Below, piece by piece: positions 52,150 to 62,709 of a stretch of 64,000 nucleotides of DNA (its first letter is position 1; each line of letters begins with the position of its first letter). A program made the position numbers and the translations under genes. The DNA lies in assembly GCA_964187785.1 (NCBI GenBank), contig OZ076409.1:83392001-83456000 (forward strand). Direction: 5' to 3'. A model generated the notes under the pieces. It saw only the letters and a program-made list of their open reading frames with translations, was not told the origin of the DNA and ran no database searches. This DNA is from Amphiscolops sp. MND2022. Its lineage: Eukaryota.

Positions 52150-55100
52150 TCACCCCCAGAAGTTTCCCCGTGTAAGGTATACTGCTGCATCTATTCGGTC
52201 TTTCACTATCCCGGTTAGATCGTCTTATTTCTGTTTTTAAAGTCTCGCCCGGTACTTCACTGTCGGTGTGTAGCTGCAGTGCGTCTTCTTCCGGATTTGT
52301 CCGTATTGGCACGTATCCCCGTCTCTTTCGGATGTGTCGTATACTGTTGGCGTTCCGGTTTCTTCCGGCATTTCTTCATCGTGTTCATCGTCATCATCAT
52401 CGGTGTCACTATCTGCCCGCTTTTTGTTTTGGACGATATTTAGTTTACCGTTCAGGATGCCCCGAAGGATTTCATCCCAGCGGTCATACTTCCCGTCCAA
52501 TCCGTGTAGGCAGTGTCGGTTTTTTGGATCAATCTCGCCGATTGAATTCGCTACCGGTTCTTTCCAGATCTTTCTTTCGGTCTGACAATGGTCCCGAAAT
52601 AAATTTTCGGTTAATTATTTTTCCGGTATCCGTTTTCATGGTACTTTTGGTTCCGCTTATCGTGGTTTAAATTTTATTTTGGATATTTCCTTCCAGTGAT
52701 TTTTGTTGTAATTCTTTTCAACGAAGTAGAAAGGATATGTAACCAAATTTTTCTTCTTCGGTGATTTCGGTCCTTCATTGAGGTGGTTTTCCTCCGTCAT
52801 CGTTTTTACCATAATAATTTGGTTTGTGATGTCCCCATCCGCATCGCGGCCCACATATATGGCAATTTTTGGTCTGTTCGGTGCTGAAACATACAACTCT
52901 GACCAATTAGATAGGTTTGATTTCCCCTCTTTAACGATGTTCGTGAATTAGGTTCTCGGTTTTTTACTGTGATGTAGCTCAAATGGTGTTAATATTAGTC
53001 CCGTTTGTATTGTAAACCGCATTACGCAAATTGCTCGGTTCACACTTTCGGTTAGCCTTATGCCGTGTTCGAAGTTTGCTATGATTTAGTTTTTTAATGT
53101 TTGTATTGCTCTCTCCACTGCTCCTGTATCTACTCTGGTTGTGCATTATTCAATTTCAATATTTCGGTTTTTGCAAAAATCCCGATACTCTTTGGAAACG
53201 AAAGCTTCTTTATCGGATTTAATTTTTTCGGGTATTCTGTACAAATTAAAATTTTTCGATAGGAAATTTATGACCTTTGGTCTCCGCTGTTTTGCGGATT
53301 TTTACGGTCGGCCATTTACAAAATCTGTCTACCGCTATTATAATTTGTACTTCTCCGTGTATGTGTTTAGTATGTAGTTTTCCGGTAAAATCAGTTTGTA
53401 TTTCTTGGCCGGGTTCGATTAGTTTTTCTAGCTTTCCGTTGTAATTTTTCGGTAATTGATATTTAAGGTTTTTACCTGATGCAAAGCAGGCTGTACAGTC
53501 TTTCACTTTTTTGTCGATATCTTGCTTCATTTGGGGCACCAAAATATCTCTGCTTCTGATGTCATCTTCGTTATTCCGAAGTGACCGAAGTGAAGGATGT
53601 CCAGAAGCCGTCGTCTTAGGTCTGATGGCACTACGATTTGGTCATCGACAAAGACCAATCCCCACCTGATTGACAGCTTGTCAAAGACAGTCCGGTAGCC
53701 ATCAGGGATTGTCTCCCGAACTGCTTTCCGCATAATATTCCTGACGCGGGTTAGCTCCGGATCGGTTGCAGTTTTGGCAAAAACGTTTTAAAGTCAGTTT
53801 TCCCACGATGTGGCTAATCTGGACGTAATGCGCTTCCTTTCCTTTCGTGTTGTTCTTGCTGAGGTCTACTATTGACAAATGGTCGCCCCGCCTTATCAAA
53901 CTGTCTTCTTCCGTCTCGGCAGCCTCCCTTTCCAGTTCGCCTTATTCCCGTATTTCTTCCGGTTCTTCTTGCTATTCTATTATTGGCTGATATCCGCCGC
54001 GCAATCGGTTCGCTCTCCTCATAATCTCTGCGTCAATCTCGGCTATTTCTTCCCGGCTTCTTTTATTCGGTCGTGATGGAGCGAATACTGTCCGTTATAT
54101 AATGGTCATACCGGCGTGGCAATGTTCCTGGCCAGGATAATTCGTTTCTCTGCTCTATTAGCCTACGTGTTCCCGGACTGTTGTTTCGTCTGCGGATAAT
54201 CTCCAAAATTTCGCGCGTGGGGCCGCAATGATAGAACTTTTCGCGGTCTATTTCGGTAATTTCCGTATTTAAATTTTGAAGTTTTGGAATTTGATTTGAA
54301 CTTTTAGTTTCTTTTAGTGAGCAACTTGACTTTACCGTGCTAATTTCGGACTGCCCAGATGTAGCTTTTCCGTTTCGTTGATTTTTAATGACGCCGTATT
54401 TGTTCTCGAACGTGCTATTCGTATGTGATTGGTTTGCTTGATTCTCATTTTGTTTTTCGGATGCATCATTCTGTGTTTCGGTTTTCGCTTTGTCGCATTT
54501 TGATTGGTCGGCGAATATTGGTCCGTATTTTATATTCAATCTTGCTTGTTCGGTAAGTATTTTGATTAGGTATTACTCGTCGTATTTTTCTTCCGGTGTG
54601 GCTCCCCCTACCGGGTTTCTACTGAGGTAGTAGGTGAATTTCAGATTGCTGCCTGCATTATGCTGTATTGATATATCGAAGTGAGTTAAGCGGTCTAACC
54701 ATCTTGTTAGTCTCACGCTGTACTGTTTGTTGCTCTCATTTTTTTATACCAGTGGTTCGGTATATAGGTAAACTTTTCTCCGTATAAACAAAATCGGAAT
54801 TTTTTAAGTCCCCATACTACTGCAAGCAGTTCTAATTCACCGATAGAATGTTTCTTTTCGGAATTGTTCAAATATTTACTTCCGAATGATATCGGTTTTG
54901 TATTTCCGTCCTCCTGTTTTTGCCATAACGTTAATCCCAGCCCGGTAGTGCTGGAGTCCGTTGTTACTGTATTATCTTTGTCTTTTGCGAAGTGTGTCAG
55001 GCATGAACCCTCGGTTAACATTTGTTTTATTTCTTTGAAGTCTTTCTGTTGTTCTCCTCCCCATATCCATGGCTCATTTTTTTCAATAATTTTCGCAAAC

Positions 55101-57254
55101 GGTCTGTTTGTTCCGAAAGTTTTGGGAAGACTTTGGCCAGTTACTGTAAAGCCCCGGGAAATGATTTCAATTCTTTCTTATTTTCCGGTGGCTTTAGTTT
55201 TAATATCTCTTCTACTTTTTCTTCGTTCGGTTTAATTCTGTTTTCATCAATCTCGTGTCCCAGCCATTTTATTTGGTTCACAAAGAATTCTGATTTCTTT
55301 TTGCTTGCTCGGTAACCAACTTTCTCTAATTTATTTAGGACGTCGAATAATTTCTTCTCGTGGTCTTGTTCATTTCCCCGTGTTTTTACAATTATGTCGT
55401 CCAACCATGCCGTTGTGCAGTATCCGGGCATTCGGTGAATTTTCTCTTGGAAGATGGTGGGGATATTGGCATGTCCGTAAAACCATTTTCTGAATCGGTA
55501 GTATCCGTTGAATATTCTTCCGATTAAGGCGAATTCGCATTGTCGACTTGTTTCTTCTGATAACTTCATTTGTCCGAAGGCGTAGTCCAGACATATTTTT
55601 GATATAAATAGTTGTACTGTTCGGTCACGGGTACTTTCTACCGAACTTTGGTTTAACAATTCTTCCATATTTGGCATGTCAGGTCTCATTTTAAAACAGC
55701 TATCATTCACTTTTCTCGAGCCCAAATGCTATTTTCACCGATTTGTCGCTTTTTACTGTTATGACTACTGGTGATACGAAACAGTTTTCATCTGCAACTT
55801 CTATCTTTTCTAAGTGTCCGGATTTAATTAGTTTTTCACGGCCGACATCTTCTTGTAGATGTAGTTGAACTGGTCTCGCTTTTTGTTTTACAAGATAATG
55901 CCCCGGTTTCAATTGGATGTTTATCTCGGTATCTTTTATCGTTTCGTTTTTTTTTTCAAATAAGCCCGGAAACTTGTTGAATTTTTTCTCGCGTTCCGAA
56001 CATTTTGCCGATTGTTAGTTTGAATTTCTTCATCAAGTCCATCCCGAGTGGTGGTTTCATGTCTGTTCTCTCAGTCATCAAAATTTCCATTTTTCGTTTG
56101 TTGTTTCCATATACGACATTTACCGGACTTTTCCCCCGGATATTTAGACGTTTTTGTTCACGTCTTGGTATCGGTTTGATTTTTTCTGCATTTCAATTGA
56201 TCTCATAATTCTTTCATCCGGTGGCATTAATGATATTAGTGATCCAGTATCTATTATGAATTCTTTCATTACTCCATTGATCTTCTGCGTTGTAGTGAAG
56301 TGTTTGTTTGTTTCGTCGATATTCTTTATTTCTTTTATGTGATGACTGCTTTCTTTGGACTCGCTTGATGGTTCGTCCGATTCATTCGTTCCAGTTTGGT
56401 TAGTCTTCTCGCGGTTCGGCTTCATTTGTCTTCTGTCTGCATGCTTTTGCATAGTGCCCTTTCTTTCCGCATTTGTTACAGTTGACGTCTAATGTGGGAC
56501 ATTTATGCATTGGTGTCAAATTTGGTGCGGTACAGAATCTGCATGCTCGATTTCCAAAATTTTTGTTTTTTGGTCTTGTTCCGAATCGTTCCATTCTTTG
56601 GATTGGCTCCTCTGTTATTATATGCTTTTCTTTTGCTGATATCAAAGCTTCCGGCATTGTGTGTTTTTTGTTTTTCTTCTCATATGTCTTCTATGTATTT
56701 TGTTTATTCAGTTCAATTATCTTTAGTTCCAATGTTTTTTCTGTCAATATTTTATCCCGTTATTTTTTATCAGTGATTGCAGTCATATAATTTGATATCA
56801 GCAATTCTTCGGCCGAAATTGAATTGAAGTTACATTTTTTTCAATTTCCATCAACCGTCTCCAAAATTCGTCTGGCGTTTCTTCTTCGGTGTTTTGCCCA
56901 GAAGAAATCTCCACGGTTATGGTAAGTGTTTCTTTTCGGCATGTAGAATTCGGCGAATAACCGGATTAGTTCTTTTACTTTTATTCAGTCTGGTTCCATT
57001 TTATTTGCGGCCTTAGTTAGTTGATAAAGTGCTTCCGGTCCCACTCCCCATAAGAAGTCTTCTTGAATTATTTGTTCTTTTCCTGTCTATTCGGTTGCTG
57101 TGATTTCTTCTCCTTCCAGTAACGGTGCATTGTCTTATTTGTGTTCCCGTTTGCAAAACTGCCGGAATCTCTGAAGCCACTGACTCGGTGTAAATACCGG
57201 ATTTCCATCTGTGGCTCTTGCTTCGGGGTTTGGGACTATGTTTTTTTCAGTCAT
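52150..57254 (-). pseudogene. Disrupted gag-pol of Gypsy element 2
   Basis: ATG at 57254 (MTEKNIVPNP..); knuckle CNKCGKKGHYAKAC; protease FIIDTG; RT WLDD; RNase H HSIGELELLAVVWG; integrase IQTDFTG..IIAVDRFCKW; many frameshifts. Confidence 0.92.
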
Positions 57255-57300
57255 TGTGTGTTTTGTAGTAAAAAGTTCGTTTCAATTGTTTAAAAATTGG

Positions 57301-57312
57301 CTGACTGCGCCA
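57301..57312 (-). promoter_or_regulatory. Primer-binding site of element 2 (probably tRNA-Ser)
   Basis: TGGCGCAGTCAG directly after the LTR's CA; complementary to a ...CUGACUGCGCCA tRNA 3' end as I recall it for invertebrate tRNA-Ser. Confidence 0.8.
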
Positions 57313-57549
57313 TGTTCTATTCTAATAATCTAACTGATAAGAGAAAAGCATATTGTTAAAATTTATATCTCTAGTTCTCGACCGTATTGAACTATATGCA
57401 ATTGTATAAATGCATCAAATGTAAAATAATGTATTTTGAGTTTGTTTATCAACAACTCTATTTACTCTAACTGGTACGTAGACAATTTGTAGGTTTGTAG
57501 ACCGAATCTCGGTTGAGGTCATGGAAGTCGGAGTGAACCGAATATGACA

Positions 57550-60050
57550 CCTTTTCCTGCCACTAAATTGTGAACATCATTCTCAAAAGATTAACTCATC
57601 AAAACTCTGCAAATGAAAAAACTTTCTGCCAGCCGACATGTAGATGTTTGCTTGAACCTGTTCATTTTTATAGTTTACGCCAAGTTTGTTGATTAGAAAG
57701 AATATTTAACATCAACTGAGTTTTCGTTTTTTTTGCAAAAGCTGCCATGTTCCCAATTTGAACCAGATTTCGAGGGGTGCAGCCAAAAAAAATCAACTTC
57801 CGCGTTAATGGTGTCATGCGATACGTATTGTGAGAAGTTTCTGGACTGTTCTGAATGACCCCAATGACCCCAGAAACGTCCAAGGACAAAAAACTTATTG
57901 TCATTAAGCTTTTTTGAAGAGAAACGTGGTGTTCAAAAATGCCTGAAAGTGAACTCAAAAACGTCTAAAATTCCAAAACGTTCCAGTTTTTCTTGCTTTT
58001 CATGCAATCTGGGTACTATTTTTGTGAGGTTTCATGGGTTAGAGCATTTAAAATTTTCAAAGACAAAGCAACAAGCTGTGCTGTAGGCTTCTTTTGAAAA
58101 GAAAAACTCGAACTTTTTTGACGTTTTTAAAGCAATTTGTTACTTCAAATGTTAAACATCAAAAGAACTTGTTTTTTATATGTGGTTTTGAAGAAATACC
58201 TGAAGGTTTATATCAGAAGAAAGTGCTTCTAAGTGACACCAGCGTAGTAAAACAAATCGATCATTTCCAACTTTGACAGTTTTGGTCACTTCTCATTCAA
58301 CTTAGAAACGTTTTGTGGAAGAAAAGGTTAAAAAAACTCCAAAAGAAACTGTTAAGTGGGCGGTCCAATTCGAAAAGTATCTTTACTTTTCTGAAAAGTA
58401 CTACTAATGGCACAAAAACGCGGGAAATCTTTCACAGATTTTTTGAACGCAAAACGAAAAAGGACTCAAACGTTCACTTTAGGAGAACTAAATTTCCGTT
58501 TTAGGTTTTTTCTAAAAAGTTACACTAAACTATAGTGCCAGTGTGAATGTTTTTTAACGATTCTTTTTTGTTAAAATCATTTTCAAAAGATCAACTCATC
58601 CAGACTCCCTGGATACATTGGATGCCAATTGGATACATTTTTTGCCAACTAAAATGGAGTTGGTTGCACCTTCAACTTGAACCTGTTCATTTTTTTATTT
58701 TTCGCCCTTTTTTCTATGGGAAAGAAAAATTTGACATCAGAGGAGTTGCCAATTTTTTCAATAACTGACGTGATCCACCGTCACGTTTTTTAACGATTCT
58801 TTTCTCTCCCCCCAAATTGTGAACATCATTTTCAAAAGATCAACTCATCCAGACTCCCCAATTGAATACATTTTTGCCAACTAAAATGGAGTTGGTTACA
58901 CCTTCAACTTGAACCTGTTCATTTTTTTATTTTTCGCCCTTTTTTCTATGGGAAAGAAAAATTTGACATCAGAGGAGTTGCCAATTTTTTCAATAACTGA
59001 CGTGATCCAAACTTTAACCCAAAATTAAGCAGTGCACCCATCGAAATCACCTGACACGTATGTGGTTTCATGCGATATGTACTTGTGGAGGTTTTTAGAA
59101 ATTTTTAGATGATCTCATTGACTCCAGAAACGTTCAGGGACAAACAAAACCTATTGTCAATAGGCTTTTTTGAAAAGAGGTGTTTGAAAGATGTATGAAA
59201 GTGAACTTTAAAAAGTCTAAAAATCCAAACCTTTTCATTTTTGCTTTCATGCAATTTGTGTACTGTTTTTGCAAGATTTCAAGGATTAGAACATTGAAAT
59301 CGTTCAAAGACATAACAACTAGCTATGCCGTAGGCTTCTTTTGAAGAGGAAAGTTCGAAAATTTTAAGCGATTTTGAAGCTTTCAGTAACTTCGATTGTT
59401 GCAATTGTTCAACAACAAATGAACTTCTTTTTCACTAGGTGGTTTCTAAGAGAAATCCGCAGAATAATATCCCAAAAAAGTGATTTCAAAGTGAGACCAC
59501 CGTTGTCGAAAAAGTAAAACACTTCTAATTTTTGTTAGTTTTAGTGATTGTGTGTTTACAATTAGAAACGTTTCGTGAAATAGAAGGTTCAAAAACTCCA
59601 AAAGAAATTGTTATTTTCCGACCCCAAATTTTATAAATGGGGGAAGAAAATCATGATCTGTGACGCAATTTTTTTCCCAAATTTTTGCCAAATCTCCACA
59701 ATCTCCACCTTTTGATTACTTGACTATTTTATATAGCTACTAGTATTTAAAATAGTCAAGTAACTAAAATAGCATACAGCGGGAAGTCAAAAAAGGGAAA
59801 AAGATCTAACGGGAATAAGGTCTAAAATTTCAGGGCGGGAATAAGATCTAAAAGGAATAAGATCTAAAATCTCTAAATTTTAGATTTTATTCTTTAGATC
59901 CTATTCCCCCTCCCAAAATAGCTATGGCTCAGTTGGGGAAGGCGAACAGAGCGGAAAATATCCCGGTGCTTAGCGGGCGTCATGTTTAGTATACAGTTCA
60001 ATTCGAAAAAGATTATCAATTTTTGGAAGAAAAGTGTTTCGGAGTGACAC
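57550..60050 (+). repeat. Degenerate ~1 kb tandem repeat (units at ~57550 and ~58790, partial unit at 58549; related partial unit at 51452-51764)
   Basis: Colinear blocks AAATTGTGAACATCATT..CAAAAGATCAACTCATC, GAACCTGTTCATTTT, CCAGAAACGT, GTAGGCTTCTTTTGAA, TTAGAAACGTTT and AAAAACTCCAAAAGAAA recur in each unit. Confidence 0.75.
59611..59987 (+). mobile_element. Helentron/HINE-like family B, second copy
   Basis: TATTTTCCG ... CGGAAAATA TCCCGGTGCTTAGCGGG CGTCATGTTT. It interrupts a ~1 kb repeat unit at a TT, and the paralogous unit near 58350 shows the empty site. Confidence 0.78.
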
Positions 60051-61079
60051 AAAGTAGTCCAAAAAACTGAAGGTTTCGTGTGGTAGAATGGTGTACACTT
60101 TTCACAATGACTAACCCCAGTGTCCAGTAGGTGTTTTTAGAGAAACATCTGTAGTTTCGTGTTAGAGAAGTGCCTCGAAAATTCGCCAAAAATTCAAATC
60201 TTTTACCATGTTTTGAAAATGTGCAGTTCATCTCTGACCCAAAATTTACATTTTGTTTTGAAAAAAAAACATCAGAAGACTTCCAAGATAGTGAAAAAAA
60301 ACGAATTGTTGAAGTTTTCTTCTCTTTTAATGCAATTGTTCTGAAAAAAAAACGGAAAATGTTTCGTAGACTAGTATCCAACAATTGGGTCAACAACACA
60401 AATTAGCCAGTACACTCTTTAGGAGATACGTGCAGTTTGTAGTTTTGTAGCAGAGAAGTGCCTCAAAATTACAACAGAAGAACCTAAAAACCACAGCGCG
60501 GTTTTTGAGAATTCAATCCCAAAAATTGTTTTTGCTCATTCCGTGAACTTTTCGTGAATTAGAACTCCCATTGACCTGATTGTTGAAACAAAAGGTTTTC
60601 TAGAACTATTCATTCATAAAAATGCAATTTTCTAGGTAGTTTTTTCACAGGCAAATTGAAAAATCATCGATGAAATGCTTGAAATAGAAAGAAAATACCC
60701 AAAATTTTAAAGAGGTTGAAATGGATCCTTGAAAATGTGATGTCGCTAAAACATTTCAGAGAAAAAGTTAGCAATTTGCGTGTCCGCCAGTTTGTGCATA
60801 TCAATTGCCAATAGTTTCGGTGAAATGATGATCATGTTACATCTGAATGATTCCATAGTTAGGCGCTATTTCTGGTGTCAATAATTTCGAACAATCCATA
60901 TACTAGTTTTCGATGAAAAGGAACTTGACTTAAAAAAAATTCTTTCGGAAATTATTCGAAATACACTATGGTACCAAAAAGCTAAGTACAGCTGAATTTT
61001 TTGAATTTTTTTCAAGTGAAAAAAAAATGAAAACATTTGTGAACAATTTCAATCAGTTACCGGAAGTTGTGCTTCGAAA

Positions 61080-62417
61080 ATGGTTAAACCGCTTGATTCA
61101 TTTTTGGTTTGCAAAATTGTTACTCTTCGCGAGATTGGGTTATCTTACAATCAAATCAAAGAGAAATTGGGTTTGAAGTCACGATCAACAGCACAGTCAG
61201 CTTACAAGCGCTTTTTGAAAACCAGTTCTTATTCTCCAAAAAAACCACCAGGAAGACCGGAAAAACTTAGCAAAAAAGACAAAAGATTAATTATAAGAAG
61301 CGTCAAAAACGATCCCAAAACTACATTACAAAGAATCAGGGTAAAGTATAATTCTTTTGCAACCTCAAAAAGTGTCTCAAGATCTACAATTCGGCGAGTT
61401 CTGAAGAAGTATGGGCTAGTTTCTAGAGTGGCGGCTAAAAAATTTCAGCTCAATAAAAAACAACGAACAACGAGGAAAAAATGGTGCTTGCGAATGTCCA
61501 AGAAGCCGCTCGGTTTTTTGTCCAGCCTTGCACTCACTGAAAAAAGTACATAGTAAAAAATTTTCAATTTTGGGAAGGAAAATCATACACAGAGTCATAC
61601 ACAGAGTCCGCAAATAGACGAAAATTTCGGCACTGTGAGACAATTTTTTCTCAACACCAAAGGGTCTCCCTTCGAAATTTTTCGGCACTGTCGGTGACCT
61701 GCTTAAGCCTCAAATTTATCGACAAAGTGTTTCAACTTTTTCTGACTTTTTCTTTTGTTTTTTATTATCGCAGATTTTTGTAGTACTCTACTTTTGCTAT
61801 TCTTTTTCTCATGAAGTTTTACATAATAATCTTGGCTGGATGGAAAAGGATTCTGGGAAAATGTGGTTTTCACTGATGAAACTCGTGTGCGTCTGAACAG
61901 TGACGGTATTGTAAGAGTTTTCCGAGAAAAAGGATCGCGTTTCCACTCAAAAAATATTCAAGGGCAGAACACTGATAAACGCTCGCTTATGTTCTGGGGA
62001 GCTATTCGATCGGATGGCAGGAAGATGCTAATTAGATGCCCGGCAACACTCAATAGCAGCGGCTATGTCGAAATTCTTGAAAAGTATGACAGAAATTTGC
62101 ACCTACCGGACATTGTTTTCCAGCACGATAATGCCCCAATTCACAGAAGCAGAGAGGTTTCCAACTATCTAAGTGAAAAGAAGTGGGATGTGCTCGAATG
62201 GCCTCCGTATAGTCCTGATTTGAACCCCATGGAAAATATTTGGGCTATACTGAAGAAATCCCTGCAAGGACAAACTCTAACGTGGGAAAATTTGGAAGAA
62301 ACAGTGATTGATATTTGGAACAATATCAGTCCCGAAATTATCCGAAATATGTACGCATCTTATGAGAGTCGCCTCGTAAAAACTATAAAAAACGATGGAA
62401 ATATGATTGGTTATTAG
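61080..62417 (+). CDS. Tc1 transposase interrupted by one insertion; 61080-61512 joined to 61849-62417 gives an open 333-aa frame
   Basis: N-terminal HTH region with GRP motif, then VVFTDE, FQHDNAPIH and WPPYSPDLNPME; 34 residues between the second D and the E; no other stops or frameshifts. Confidence 0.9.
61514..61847. mobile_element. 334-bp non-autonomous TIR element inserted in the Tc1 transposase
   Basis: Ends TTTTTTGTCCAGCC ... GGCTGGATGGAAAA (11/14 inverted match), flanked by GG on both sides. Removing it restores CTC GGA TTC TGG (LGFW). Confidence 0.85.
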
Positions 62418-62709
62418 TGTGTTTGTCTCCTAGTTTGATTATATTTTTTTTCTGTTTAAATTTCAAATTTTCCTCTCAGTTTTTAAAAATTCAACAGGTG
62501 TACGTAGCTTTCTGGTACCATAGTGTATGTCTAGACGTTTGTTTTTTGGATAACATTTTTGGAATAAAACTTTCAAATGGTTTACTTGAGAAATGAACTT
62601 TTTCAAACAGGGTTTCAAAATTAAATTTTCTCTTTTAATCGAATTTGTTCGTGTATTTTGCTTTGCTAACTTTTGCATGACAACAAAACGAAACCTTAAA
62701 GACAAGTTT

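Larger units (their letters stand above)
51765..57549 (-). mobile_element. Ty3/Gypsy LTR retrotransposon, degenerate (element 2)
   Basis: ~237-bp LTRs at 57313-57549 and 51765-52000 (about 6 differences); primer-binding site (PBS) TGGCGCAGTCAG next to the 5' LTR; gag, protease, RT, RNase H and integrase fragments in Gypsy order. No TSD found. Confidence 0.94.
60964..62525 (+). mobile_element. Tc1-family (DD34E) DNA transposon
   Basis: 31-bp TIRs CACTATGGTACCA(A/G)AAAGCTA(A/C)GTACA(G/C)CTG with 3 mismatches, flanked by TA on both sides; transposase inside. Confidence 0.96.
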
